NCBI GenBank assembly: GCA_963796285.1
Contig: CAWCKW010000012.1
Span: forward strand, 448,001-512,000
Length of the DNA: 64,000 nt
Direction of reading: 5' to 3'
Origin: Nitrospirota bacterium
Lineage (GTDB): Bacteria; Nitrospirota; UBA9217
The notes beneath the pieces are model-generated. The model made no database searches, was not told the origin of the DNA, and saw nothing but the letters and a program-made list of their open reading frames with translations. The position numbers and the translations under genes are program-made. This document shows, in pieces, positions 1 through 9,667 of this stretch. Within the stretch, counting starts at the first letter, position 1. Each line of letters starts with the position of its first letter.

Positions 1-1
1 G

Positions 2-316
2 CTTTCAGGAGGGGAGAGGCGGAGGGTAGAGATCGCCCGGGCGCTTACTCTTTCGCCGAAATTCATCCTCCTGGACGAGCCTTTTGCGGGGATCGACCCT
101 CTTGCGGTCCAAGATATCCAGGGAATCATTTCGCTTCTGAAGAGCAAGGGGATCGGGATACTGATTACCGATCACAATGTTCGGGAGACCCTCGCGATCA
201 CCGACCGGGCGTATATTATCAGCGAAGGGGAGATCATCGAGGCGGGTTGTGCGGCTGAAATCATGGCAAGTCCGAAAGTACGGCAATTTTACCTGGGCGA
301 GGCTTTTCGGTTATAA
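2..316 (+). CDS. lptB: LPS export ABC transporter ATP-binding protein, 3' part (runs off window start)
   Basis: Frame from position 2 reads [15 protein letters not shown]...[12 protein letters not shown]...[11 protein letters not shown]...FYLGEAFRL*; lies directly upstream of rpoN. Confidence 0.93.
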   Translation, partial: LSGGERRRVEIARALTLSPKFILLDEPFAGIDPLAVQDIQGIISLLKSKGIGILITDHNVRETLAITDRAYIISEGEIIEAGCAAEIMASPKVRQFYLGEAFRL

Positions 317-333
317 TTTAAAAAAGAAAACAT

Positions 334-423
334 CAGGATCCAGGAGACAGAAGTCAGAAGGATTAAGTCGATATCCTACGATGAATCTCTTCAGGCTCCT
401 GAATTCTGGCTTCTGACTCCTGA
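334..423. repeat. Heptamer-periodic inverted repeat (CAGGAGN/CAGAAGT family)
   Basis: Left arm CAGGATC CAGGAGA CAGAAGT CAGAAG; right arm TCCTGAA TTCTGGC TTCTGAC TCCTGA; related copies at 14198, 55593, 56256. Confidence 0.75.
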
Positions 424-429
424 GAAAAC

Positions 430-1905
430 ATGGAAGCACGGCTCGAACTAAAACTGCAACAAAAGCTCATCATGACTCCACAGCTCCAGCAGGCCATTAA
501 GCTGCTGCAGTTGTCGCGTCTCGAACTGGTGCAATCGGTCTCTCAGGAACTGATCGAGAACCCAGTCCTTGAAGAGGTGCCTTCTGAGGAATCCGGGGAG
601 GATCCCGCTTCTGAAGAAGGAGAGACTGCTCCCGAGACACAAACGGCCGCGGAAACGCTGCCTGAGGTTGGGCCGGAGCAGGAAGCGACCCAGGAGCTCA
701 AAAGCGATCTCGAACTCGGCCCTCAGTGGGATGAATATCTCAATGAGATGGGAGACGGCCGCGATTACGGTAATGCGGAAGCAGATAATAAAGAACTACC
801 TTCCTATGACCAGACCCTGACGCGCCTTCCATCATTGAGCGATCACCTTCTGTGGCAGCTCCATCTTTCGGTATCGGACCCCGGCCTGGTGAAAGGCGGA
901 GAATGGATCATTGGCAACCTTGATGATGATGGTTATTTTCGAGCAACCCTTGACGAACTGGCGCAGCAGTCCGGCTTGTCGTTACGGGAGATGGAACAGG
1001 CGCTCGATCTTATACAGGGCTTCGATCCGCTGGGTATAGGTGCACGCGACCTCCGGGAATGCCTCCTGATACAGGTTAGACAGCTCGATCTTCAGGGGAC
1101 GCTCGTCGAGAAGATCATTGAGGACCACCTTGGTGACCTGGAAAAGAGAAAATATCCGAACATCGCTAAAGCCCTCAATGTAACGCCCCAGGAGGTCATG
1201 GAGGCGTCGCACATCATTATCCACGAGTTGGAACCGAAACCCGGCAGGCCTTACCTAACTGCTGATACCAATTATGTGGTCCCGGATGTTTACGTGATCA
1301 AGGTTGAGGACACGTATGTGGTGCAGCTCAATGATGAGGGGCTCCCGAGGGTCCGCATCAACCCTTATTACCGCAAGTTGATCAGCCGGAATGATGCCAT
1401 TGACAAGGTGACCAAGGAGTACGTCGAGGAGCGATTGCGTTCGGCCCAGTGGCTCATCAAGGGGATGGAGCAGCGAAGCAAGACCATCTATAAAGTTGCC
1501 GAGAGTATCGTCAAGTTCCAGCTCGAATTTCTGGACAAGGGCATCACCCACCTGAGGCCCATGGTGCTGAAAGGCGTGGCTGAGGACATCGGCATGCACG
1601 AATCCACGATCAGTCGCGTGACGACGAACAAGTATATGCACACTCCGCAGGGTATTTTCCCGATGAAGTATTTCTTTACAACAGGATTTTCCGACGGTAC
1701 CGGCACCGATATCTCATCGTTGACCGTCAAAGACACGATCCAGAAGATGATCAAAGAGGAAGACCTGGCAACGCCGCTCAAGGACCAGCAGATCGTCGAT
1801 CTTCTGAAAGCGCGAGGGATCGATATTGCGCGAAGAACGGTGGCGAAATACCGCGAGGAGCTCCGGATACCGCCGACGAGTGTACGAAAAAGGACGGGAA
1901 ATTAA
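430..1905 (+). CDS. rpoN: RNA polymerase sigma-54 factor
   Basis: Gln-rich N-terminus MTPQLQQAIKLLQL, HESTISR HTH, RpoN box ARRTVAKYRE. Confidence 0.98.
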   Translation: MEARLELKLQQKLIMTPQLQQAIKLLQLSRLELVQSVSQELIENPVLEEVPSEESGEDPASEEGETAPETQTAAETLPEVGPEQEATQELKSDLELGPQWDEYLNEMGDGRDYGNAEADNKELPSYDQTLTRLPSLSDHLLWQLHLSVSDPGLVKGGEWIIGNLDDDGYFRATLDELAQQSGLSLREMEQALDLIQGFDPLGIGARDLRECLLIQVRQLDLQGTLVEKIIEDHLGDLEKRKYPNIAKALNVTPQEVMEASHIIIHELEPKPGRPYLTADTNYVVPDVYVIKVEDTYVVQLNDEGLPRVRINPYYRKLISRNDAIDKVTKEYVEERLRSAQWLIKGMEQRSKTIYKVAESIVKFQLEFLDKGITHLRPMVLKGVAEDIGMHESTISRVTTNKYMHTPQGIFPMKYFFTTGFSDGTGTDISSLTVKDTIQKMIKEEDLATPLKDQQIVDLLKARGIDIARRTVAKYREELRIPPTSVRKRTGN

Positions 1906-2040
1906 ATAAGCGCCAATATCATTCAACAAACACCAACTGTCAAGCTGCAAACGATGAGAAAATTGGAATTTGGAGTTTAGCGATCATTTGTATTTTGGGA
2001 TTGGGGTCTGGAATTTAGTACTATCTAAGGAGGATACAGT

Positions 2041-2577
2041 ATGCAGGTTACCGTGATAGGAAGGCACATTGAGGCAACGGAAGCGCTCAAACAGTATGCA
2101 ACGGAGAAGGTAAGCAGGTTGGAGAAGTATCTTCCGAAGACCATTCAGGTGGTTATTACTCTTTCCGTCGTAAAAAAAGTTCACCATATTGCAGAAGCGG
2201 TTATTAAATCCAACGGCCTGCTGATCCAGGCGTCGGAAGAAACTGAAGAGATGTATTCTGCGATCGATCTCCTGACCGCGAAGCTCGAGCGGCGAGTCAG
2301 GAGATACAAGGAAAAGCTGGTTGAGCACAAACATCTAAGCAAAAAGGACGGATCCGTTACCACAGCCCCCTTGTCGTCGCACTCCGAAGACCGTATCCCG
2401 CAGATAATCAAGACCAAACGTTTTGATCTCAAGCCGATGCAGCCGGAAGAGGCCGTGATGCAGATGGAACTTCTGGACAAGGATTTTTTCATCTTTGCGA
2501 ACGCCGGCAGCGGCCATGTTAACGTTATCTACAAGAGAAAAGACGGGAACGTGGGACTCATCGAACCCGCACTGTAA
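2041..2577 (+). CDS. hpf: Ribosome hibernation promoting factor, long form
   Basis: S30AE N-terminal domain (EMYSAIDL..KLERRVRRYKEK) plus C-terminal KPMQPEEAVMQMELL...NVIYKRKDG; follows rpoN. Confidence 0.95.
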   Translation: MQVTVIGRHIEATEALKQYATEKVSRLEKYLPKTIQVVITLSVVKKVHHIAEAVIKSNGLLIQASEETEEMYSAIDLLTAKLERRVRRYKEKLVEHKHLSKKDGSVTTAPLSSHSEDRIPQIIKTKRFDLKPMQPEEAVMQMELLDKDFFIFANAGSGHVNVIYKRKDGNVGLIEPAL

Positions 2578-2589
2578 GGAAGTGTCGCT

Positions 2590-3081
2590 ATGCCTACAAT
2601 ACGGGACCTGTTGCAGGAGAACCTGATCATCGAAGAGATCGAAGCCGAGGACAAGCAGGGTGTCCTCCGCGAGTTTGCCCGCCTGCTCAAATCCATGAAC
2701 AGGGTCGACAACGAAGAGGAGCTCTTGCGGGTATTGCTTGAGCGTGAATCTCTCGGCAGCACCGGTATCGGTGACGGGGTGGCGATCCCGCACGGTAAGC
2801 TGCCCATGAGCTCCGGGATGATCGTTGCTTTTGGCAGATCAACTAAGGGGGTCGACTTCCAGGCCATGGACTCAAAACCGGTCCATCTCTTTTTACTGCT
2901 GGTGACTCCTGAAGACAGATCGGGAGATCACCTGAAGGCGCTGGCCAGGATCTCCCGTATTTTTAAAAATCCTGGTCTTCGGGAATGCCTACTGACGGCT
3001 CCCACCCGGCAGGAAATTCAGAGACTGATATGCCAAGAGGACAGCAAATATCCGCAGCCGCAGGCCGTGCTGAAAAAATGA
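2590..3081 (+). CDS. ptsN: PTS IIA-like nitrogen regulatory protein
   Basis: ERESLGSTGIGDGVAIPHGK motif with phosphoacceptor His; HLKALARISR. Confidence 0.93.
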   Translation: MPTIRDLLQENLIIEEIEAEDKQGVLREFARLLKSMNRVDNEEELLRVLLERESLGSTGIGDGVAIPHGKLPMSSGMIVAFGRSTKGVDFQAMDSKPVHLFLLLVTPEDRSGDHLKALARISRIFKNPGLRECLLTAPTRQEIQRLICQEDSKYPQPQAVLKK

Positions 3082-3959
3082 AGGTCACGGTGGCAGAATT
3101 GACGGGAACCGCGACGGTCCTTGCGGGACGCGCAGGACTCGGCAGGGAGATTCTTTCTCCGCAGATGACGGCCCCTGAACTGTCTGCGCCACCGGGGAAG
3201 GGGACCGCCTCGTGCGTCATGCATCTCCGGCCGAGCCAGGTCGTTTACCTGTGCTCGCTTCCCGTGAACGAGCGAAAGCGGCTTGCCCGTGTTCTGGTGA
3301 AACAGAAACCCGCTTGTATCCTTCTTAGCGGAGGTAAAATCTGTAAAGAGCTTCTTGATACTGCGGATGCTTCGAAGGTCCCGTTACTCAAGAGTAAGAA
3401 CCTGCCGGAACTTCGACGTCTATTGGTGGAAAAACTATTGCCGTGGGTCAGTCTTCACGGCGTGCTGGTGCGGATCTTTGATCTCGGTACGCTCATCATT
3501 GGGGAAAGCGCGGTCGGCAAGAGCGAGGCCGCCCTTGATCTGGTGCTCCGCGGTCACAAGCTTGTTGCCGACGACCTCGTGATCCTGGAAAAAAAGAACA
3601 GCGAGATCAGCGGCAGACCTCCAGAAATGGGAGCGGACCTGTTGCAGATCCGTGGGCTCGGGATCATCAACATCAGGGCATTGTACGGAGAATCGGCGAC
3701 GATCGACGAGAGCTCGATCGGGCTGGTTGTGGAACTGGCAGAGTGGAAAGCGGGTCAACAGTACAGCCTCGTCGGTCTGCGAGAGAGGCGCTACCGGATA
3801 CTTGGGGTCAGCTTGCCCTATCTGAAACTGCCGGTCAAGCCCGGCAGAAACATGGCTACGCTCATTGAAGTGGCGGCCAGAAATCAGATGCTTAAAAAAC
3901 GCGGCATTTTTACCGCTCGGGACCTGGACAGAAAACTTAGAAAGAGGCTCAAGGGATGA
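3078..3959 (+). CDS. hprK: HPr(Ser) kinase/phosphorylase
   Basis: LHGVLV...GESAVGKSEAALDLVLRGHKLVADD, LQIRGLGIINI, PVKPGRN; ATG 3078 overlaps the ptsN stop (ATGA). Confidence 0.93.
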   Translation: MKVTVAELTGTATVLAGRAGLGREILSPQMTAPELSAPPGKGTASCVMHLRPSQVVYLCSLPVNERKRLARVLVKQKPACILLSGGKICKELLDTADASKVPLLKSKNLPELRRLLVEKLLPWVSLHGVLVRIFDLGTLIIGESAVGKSEAALDLVLRGHKLVADDLVILEKKNSEISGRPPEMGADLLQIRGLGIINIRALYGESATIDESSIGLVVELAEWKAGQQYSLVGLRERRYRILGVSLPYLKLPVKPGRNMATLIEVAARNQMLKKRGIFTARDLDRKLRKRLKG

Positions 3960-4819
3960 ATTGTACACGCCTGGTTGTTGTTACGGGCCTTTCCGGCTCA
4001 GGCCGGAGCGCAACGCTGAAGGCCTTCGAGGACATGGGGTTTTACTGCGTAGACAACCTCCCGCTCTCCCTGCTTTCCGCGTTCGTCGAATTCGCTCAGA
4101 GATCGGAGGAGGCGTTTCAATCAGCCATTGGTATCGACATCCGGGAAAAGGGCTTCCCCAAACTGTTCCCTGCATTGTATGGTGAGCTGAAGTCCCAGGG
4201 CTGCGCCATTGAATTGCTTTTCCTGGATGCATCGGACCAGACGATTGTACGGCGTTTCAGCGAGACGAGAAGACCTCATCCCCTGTCGCGGGGGACGACG
4301 CCATTGTTGGACGGGATACGTATGGAGCGGGAAGCGCTTGCCGAGGTCAAGAAACTGGCTGACCGGATCATCGATACCTCGGACTACACGGTCCACGATC
4401 TGCGCCAGACGATCGAACGGCACTATGCCGCCGGCGATGCCGTCAGGCCCATGGTGATCACCCTGCTCACCTTCGGCTACAAATTCGGCGTTCCCTACGA
4501 CCTCGACCTCCTGTTCGATCTCCGCTTCCTGCCGAACCCGCACTTTGTGCCTGAGTTGAGGCCCTCCACCGGAGAAGATCCAAGGGTCAGAGAATACATC
4601 ATGGCGCAACGCGATTCCGTAGAGTTTCTGGACAGGCTCCAGGGGTTTATCGGGTACCTTCTGCCACGCTACAGGAGCGAGGGGAAAAGTTATCTTACGA
4701 TCGGGTTTGGATGCACGGGCGGCAGACATCGATCAGTCGCGGTCGCATTGATGATCGCGGAGTGGCTCAGGCGGAGCGGTTACGACGTCATTATAAAACA
4801 TCGGGACAGGGGAGAGTGA
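3956..4819 (+). CDS. rapZ: RNase adapter / P-loop NTPase, RapZ (YvcJ) family
   Basis: VTGLSGSGRS, EDMGFYCVDNLP, RRFSETRRPHPL, FGYKFG, GCTGGRHRSV. Confidence 0.96.
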   Translation: MNCTRLVVVTGLSGSGRSATLKAFEDMGFYCVDNLPLSLLSAFVEFAQRSEEAFQSAIGIDIREKGFPKLFPALYGELKSQGCAIELLFLDASDQTIVRRFSETRRPHPLSRGTTPLLDGIRMEREALAEVKKLADRIIDTSDYTVHDLRQTIERHYAAGDAVRPMVITLLTFGYKFGVPYDLDLLFDLRFLPNPHFVPELRPSTGEDPRVREYIMAQRDSVEFLDRLQGFIGYLLPRYRSEGKSYLTIGFGCTGGRHRSVAVALMIAEWLRRSGYDVIIKHRDRGE

Positions 4820-4932
4820 ACGAGTTCATGGAGTTTATTGTGTCTAACGAGTCTGACGAGTCGTAAATAGAAGCGTTAAACTCGCAAACTCTTGAGATGC
4901 AATGAACGCAAAGGACTCTCTTGACCCTCTCA
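4814..4932. repeat. Degenerate inverted repeat with about 9-nt periodicity
   Basis: GAGTGAAC GAGTTCATG GAGTTTATT GTGTCTAAC GAGTCTGAC GAGTC ... AACTCGCA AACTCTTG ... GACTCTCTT GACCCTCTC. Confidence 0.5.
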
Positions 4933-4947
4933 AAAGGAGATTTGAGC

Positions 4948-5349
4948 ATGATCGGACTGGTGGTGGTATGTCACGAGGACATGGGCGCCGAGTTAGTGAA
5001 GGCCGCAGAGATGATCGTAGGCAAGATCGATGCGGTTGCGACGGTGAGCGTGAAACAGGAGAGTGCGCCGGAATTGCTCAGAGATGCAATCCAGTCCGCG
5101 ATAAAAAAGGTGGATGGTAAAAAGGGCGTCATGCTTTTTACTGACATGTTCGGCGGGACACCTTCCAATATCGCCCTCGCTTTTCTTGGAGAATCGATCG
5201 AAGTGGTCACCGGCGTCAACCTTTCGATGCTGATCAAGTTCGCAAATCATCGTGATGAAAAATCTCTTCTCGAGCTTGCCAGGCTCGTCCAGGAGGCGGC
5301 GCAGAAGAGCATCGTGATAGCAAGTCAGATGCTGAAAGGGAAAAAGTAG
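4948..5349 (+). CDS. PTS mannose/fructose-family IIA component
   Basis: MIGLVVVCH, FTDMFGGTPSN, VVTGVNLSML; RBS AAGGAG before ATG 4948. Confidence 0.93.
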   Translation: MIGLVVVCHEDMGAELVKAAEMIVGKIDAVATVSVKQESAPELLRDAIQSAIKKVDGKKGVMLFTDMFGGTPSNIALAFLGESIEVVTGVNLSMLIKFANHRDEKSLLELARLVQEAAQKSIVIASQMLKGKK

Positions 5350-5355
5350 GTCCTC

Positions 5356-5841
5356 ATGATAGTGTTGAGCCGCATAGATGACCGCCTGATCCATGGACAG
5401 GTTGTGGAGGGGTGGGTAAATTTTCTGAAAGCGACCTGCATTTTCGTTGCCGACGATCGGGTTGCGTCGAATCCTTTTCAGCGTACCATCATGGAGCTTT
5501 CCGTGCCGCAAGGATTGAAGGCCGTCATCGGCCGGGTTGAGGACATCTGCGATCTGGTGCACACCGAGGCGCTCAATGCAGACAGGATCATCCTGTTGTT
5601 CTCGAACCCCGCTGACGTTCTGCGCGCGATCAATTCGGGACTGGACTGCCGGGTGCTCAATATCGGCGGCATGCACTATGTACCTGGGAAACGCAAGCTC
5701 ATGGACGTGCTTGCAGTCGATGATGCTGACCTGGCGGCGCTCAAGGAGCTTGCTGCAAAGGGCATCAAGATTGATGTACAGACGGTCCCGAACCAGCGGC
5801 GGGTGCCGCTTGAAAAGATCTTCACCACCTGTCATGTCTGA
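5356..5841 (+). CDS. PTS mannose/sorbose-family IIB component
   Basis: RIDDRLIHGQV signature; LNIGGMH. Confidence 0.95.
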   Translation: MIVLSRIDDRLIHGQVVEGWVNFLKATCIFVADDRVASNPFQRTIMELSVPQGLKAVIGRVEDICDLVHTEALNADRIILLFSNPADVLRAINSGLDCRVLNIGGMHYVPGKRKLMDVLAVDDADLAALKELAAKGIKIDVQTVPNQRRVPLEKIFTTCHV

Positions 5842-5921
5842 AAAGGCAGAAGCAGTGGTTCGTAACGATGTCCAAAGTTCAGAGTCCCGGGTCCCGTGGT
5901 TTTACGTAAAAGGAAATCTCC

Positions 5922-6701
5922 ATGCCTGTGCTTGATGCACATATGGTTCTCGCCGTTTTGGGCATCGCACTTCTCGGCGGACTCATTGGGCTCGATCGGA
6001 CCGCGGTCGGTCAATTCATGATCTCGGAACCCATCGTCGCCGCTCCCCTGACGGGGTGGATACTTGGTGATCCGATAGCGGGGACCATCATCGGCGTGGT
6101 TCTCGAACTCGTCTGGGTGCTTGATATGCCGATCGGCGCCTTTGTGCCCGCAGATGCGACGATCAGCGCTGTGTCCGCAACGGCTATTGCAGCGCTGGGG
6201 AGCGCGGGGAACGCGCCGCTTCCGGTGATCGGATTCAGCATTCTATTGACCACTGCGATGGTGCCGGCAACCATGAGGGCCGACGGCATTGTCAGGCACT
6301 GGAACTCGCGGCTGGCTGACGCTGTCATGACCGGTCCAGGACCTGATGCCGGACGCAGGTTGGCCCGCGCGCACCTCAGCGGACTTCCGGTATTCTTTAT
6401 GAAGTCCTTTGTCTTGTACCTTGTGTTTCTGCCTCTGGGTCTTGCAGCGGTATCAGCGTTCGATCATTTGCCCGAGAATGTTCACCGGGCGATGTCCCTG
6501 TTCGTGAAGTTCCTCCCCCTGATCGGGGTAGCGCTGGTGGTGCGTAAACTCTCTATGAAAACAGTCGACCTTTTTTTGCTCAGCGGGTTCATGATTGCAG
6601 CAATGGCGGGGTACCTCTTCCATGCCCCGGCGGTTATTATCATACTGCTATCCGTAACCGGCGGATGGTTGGGGGCCAGATACCGTGAACGACGTTCATA
6701 A
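5922..6701 (+). CDS. PTS mannose-family IIC component
   Basis: Hydrophobic; LDRTAVGQFMISEPIVAAPLTGWILGD...LELVW...PIGAFVP. Confidence 0.88.
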   Translation: MPVLDAHMVLAVLGIALLGGLIGLDRTAVGQFMISEPIVAAPLTGWILGDPIAGTIIGVVLELVWVLDMPIGAFVPADATISAVSATAIAALGSAGNAPLPVIGFSILLTTAMVPATMRADGIVRHWNSRLADAVMTGPGPDAGRRLARAHLSGLPVFFMKSFVLYLVFLPLGLAAVSAFDHLPENVHRAMSLFVKFLPLIGVALVVRKLSMKTVDLFLLSGFMIAAMAGYLFHAPAVIIILLSVTGGWLGARYRERRS

Positions 6702-7467
6702 AAGAATAGGCCCTGACGACCTGTTCGGAGTGTTTCTCAGGGCCCTGCTTATTCAGGCGTCATGGAGCTTTGAACGAATGCAATCGATCGGGTTCGCATA
6801 CGCGATCGAACCGGTGCTTCGAAAACTCTATCCGGACCCGTCAGAGTATGAATCTCGGATACGTCTCCATCTGGAGTATTTCAATACCCAGCCATTCCTT
6901 GCTGCATACATCCTGGGCGCAGTAGTACGGATGGAAGAGGACCGGGCGATTGGCCGGAATGCGGGTGGCGACGTCCCCGGTCTGAAGGCGGCGCTTATGT
7001 CGCCGCTCGGAGCGCTCGGCGACAGCTTCTTCTGGGGCGCTCTCAAACCGCTGGCCGCTGTAGTGGCTGTGGCGCTGCTTATGACCGGATATTGGTGGGC
7101 GCCGCTCGTGTTCCTGGTGTTCTACAATACCTGGCATGTGGGCCTCAGGGCAGGCATGCTGTTCTGGGGCTACCAGAGTGGTGGCGATGCCGTGGCGCTT
7201 ATGACCAGGTACAGCCTGATGAAAACAACCAAACGGTTCAAACTGATCACGCTTACTGTCCTCGGCGGGATTATCGGTATGGCTCCGGCCTGGAGACTGG
7301 AGTTCCAGCCGATGGTCAATGGGTCGTTTTTGTTGATGGCGCTGTTTTGGCTGGTTATCACAGCGGCATTGGTCGCGGTTTTTCGGCGAGGCGGGTCTCC
7401 GATACAACTTATGATTGGGCTGGCAGTGTTCTGTCTTGCCTTGGCGTACGCGGGAGTCATTGAATGA
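6685..7467 (+). CDS. PTS mannose-family IID component
   Basis: QASWSFERMQSIGF, HLEYFNTQP, LMSPLGALGDSFFWG. Confidence 0.92.
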   Translation: MNDVHKRIGPDDLFGVFLRALLIQASWSFERMQSIGFAYAIEPVLRKLYPDPSEYESRIRLHLEYFNTQPFLAAYILGAVVRMEEDRAIGRNAGGDVPGLKAALMSPLGALGDSFFWGALKPLAAVVAVALLMTGYWWAPLVFLVFYNTWHVGLRAGMLFWGYQSGGDAVALMTRYSLMKTTKRFKLITLTVLGGIIGMAPAWRLEFQPMVNGSFLLMALFWLVITAALVAVFRRGGSPIQLMIGLAVFCLALAYAGVIE

Positions 7468-7733
7468 AGAAAAAAGAGCTGTTGATCGAGAACAAATTGG
7501 GACTTCATGCGAGGGCCGCGGCCCAGATCGTGAAGACGGCGAGTGCATACGTATCCAAGATCACGCTGGCCAAGGATGGTCTCGAGGTGGACGGTAAAAG
7601 CATTATGGGGATCATGATGCTGGCCGCCGCCAAGGGGTCAACGGTACTTCTGCACGCCCATGGGGAAGATGACGACCGAGCAATAGAAGGAATGGAAAAG
7701 CTTTTTCACGACAAGTTCGGGGAAAAAGAATAG
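7464..7733 (+). CDS. ptsH: Phosphocarrier protein HPr
   Basis: NKLGLHARAA (His15) and DGKSIMGIMML (Ser46). Confidence 0.97.
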   Translation: MKKKELLIENKLGLHARAAAQIVKTASAYVSKITLAKDGLEVDGKSIMGIMMLAAAKGSTVLLHAHGEDDDRAIEGMEKLFHDKFGEKE

Positions 7734-7785
7734 AAGAAAGAGCGCAGTAAACAACAGAAAGCAGACAGGGAACGGAACAGACGAA

Positions 7786-9540
7786 ATGAACGAAAAATCT
7801 TACAAAGGGATCGTGGCATCCCCAGGCATCGTGATCGGCAGGGCGTACCTTCTCGACCGCCGCAAGGTGGTAGTGGCGGGCAGGCGGATAGAGGCTGTCA
7901 GCGTCAAGGACGAGGTGTCACGGTTCAAGAAAGCGGTGGACGTCTCCAAGGCCCAACTCGAGGAGCTCAAGAAGCGGTTTACGAAAGGGCTTGGGAAATC
8001 CCATCTCTACATCCTCGAAACCCACATCATGCTGCTCGAAGACAAGATGCTCGTCGAAAGCACGGTCAAGCGGATCAAGGAATATCTTCTGAACGCTGAA
8101 GGCGCGCTCAAGGAGACGATCGCTGCCATCGGGCTGAAGTTCGATACCATCGAAGACGAATATCTCCGCGATCGCAAACTGGACGTTGAACAGGTCGGTG
8201 AGAGGATCCTGCGCAACCTCGTGGGACATAAGCAGGAGAGCCTTGCCGATATCAACGAAGAGGCCGTGATCATCGCACACGATCTCGCTCCGACCGACAC
8301 ACTCATGATGCGAAAGGACAAGATCCTCGGATTCGCCACCGATGCAGGCAGCCGGACATCGCACACGGCCATCCTCGCCCGTTCGCTCGGCATCCCCGCG
8401 GCGGTCGGTCTGGAGAGCATCAGTAAAGCGGTCAAGACCGGCGACGTGGTCATTCTCGACGGTATTCACGGTGTAGTGATCGTCGACCCGGACGAAGAGA
8501 CGTTTCTCGATTACCTCAAGAAGCAGCGGCAGTATAAGTATTTCGAACAGGAGCTCCAGAAGCTCAAGTCGCTGCCCGCCGAGACCCTCGACGGACATAT
8601 GGTCCATCTCCAGGGCAATATCGAGCTTCCGGAGGAGGTCGCGTCCGTACAGGACCATGGCGGCACCGGTATCGGGCTATATCGCACCGAGTTTCTGTTC
8701 ATGAACAGGTCGACCTTGCCGACCGAGGAGGAGCATTACATAGCCTACCGCCATGTGGCAGAGAAGGCATCGCCCCATGAGGTGGTGATCCGTACGCTCG
8801 ATGTGGGCGGCGACAAGATCGGCCTGCCGGGCGGCTTTGACCGGGAGTCGAACCCCGCGCTTGGCCTCAGGGGGATCCGCTTTTGTCTCAAGAACCGCGA
8901 CATTTTCAAGCCACAGCTGCGCGGTCTCTTCAGAGCGACTGCTCACGGGAACATCAAGCTCCTCATTCCCATGATCTCTGGCCTGTCCGAGCTGCACGAG
9001 ACCAAGAGGGTCATCGAAGAAGTGAAGGCAGAGCTCAGGGCCGAAAGCAGGGCTTTCAATGAACAGGTGGAGATCGGGGTGATGATCGAGATCCCGTCAG
9101 CCGCAATGATCGCCGATCTTCTCGCACAGGAAGTCAACTTCTTCAGCGTGGGAACGAACGACCTGATCCAGTACACACTCGCGATCGACCGCCAGAATGA
9201 GCACGTTGCGTACATGTACGAGCCCCTCGACCCGGCGGTGCTTCGGTTCCTGAAGAGCGTGTCGGAGGCCGCGCGTCACGCGAACATCACGCTCGCGATG
9301 TGCGGTGAGATGGCGGGTGACCCGCTTTATTCGACGATCCTTATCGGTATGGGATTCCAGCGCCTGAGCATGAATGTGGCCTCGATCCCCTGGGTAAAAA
9401 AAGTGGTCAGATCGGTCCGCATGCAGGACGCAGTCGAACTTGCATCGCTCGTGATGCAGCAACCCACGGCCGCATTGGCAAGAAAGACAGTGGAACACTT
9501 TATGGAAGAACGGTTCCCGGATCTTGCAGCGGAACTGTGA
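7786..9540 (+). CDS. ptsI: PTS enzyme I
   Basis: GSRTSHTAILAR, GIGLYRTEFLF, NPALGLRGIR, FSVGTNDLIQY, MCGEMAGDP. Confidence 0.98.
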   Translation: MNEKSYKGIVASPGIVIGRAYLLDRRKVVVAGRRIEAVSVKDEVSRFKKAVDVSKAQLEELKKRFTKGLGKSHLYILETHIMLLEDKMLVESTVKRIKEYLLNAEGALKETIAAIGLKFDTIEDEYLRDRKLDVEQVGERILRNLVGHKQESLADINEEAVIIAHDLAPTDTLMMRKDKILGFATDAGSRTSHTAILARSLGIPAAVGLESISKAVKTGDVVILDGIHGVVIVDPDEETFLDYLKKQRQYKYFEQELQKLKSLPAETLDGHMVHLQGNIELPEEVASVQDHGGTGIGLYRTEFLFMNRSTLPTEEEHYIAYRHVAEKASPHEVVIRTLDVGGDKIGLPGGFDRESNPALGLRGIRFCLKNRDIFKPQLRGLFRATAHGNIKLLIPMISGLSELHETKRVIEEVKAELRAESRAFNEQVEIGVMIEIPSAAMIADLLAQEVNFFSVGTNDLIQYTLAIDRQNEHVAYMYEPLDPAVLRFLKSVSEAARHANITLAMCGEMAGDPLYSTILIGMGFQRLSMNVASIPWVKKVVRSVRMQDAVELASLVMQQPTAALARKTVEHFMEERFPDLAAEL

Positions 9541-9667
9541 AGGAAATTCGGATTGAGGAATGAGAATCAAAAGTCCTCTGGATTTGAATGTGCGATCCGG
9601 GATCCATAAGAGAAGGGGAGTCCGGCAGTGCAGAATGCGGAAATTGGCCTAGACAAGATGGCGCGCG

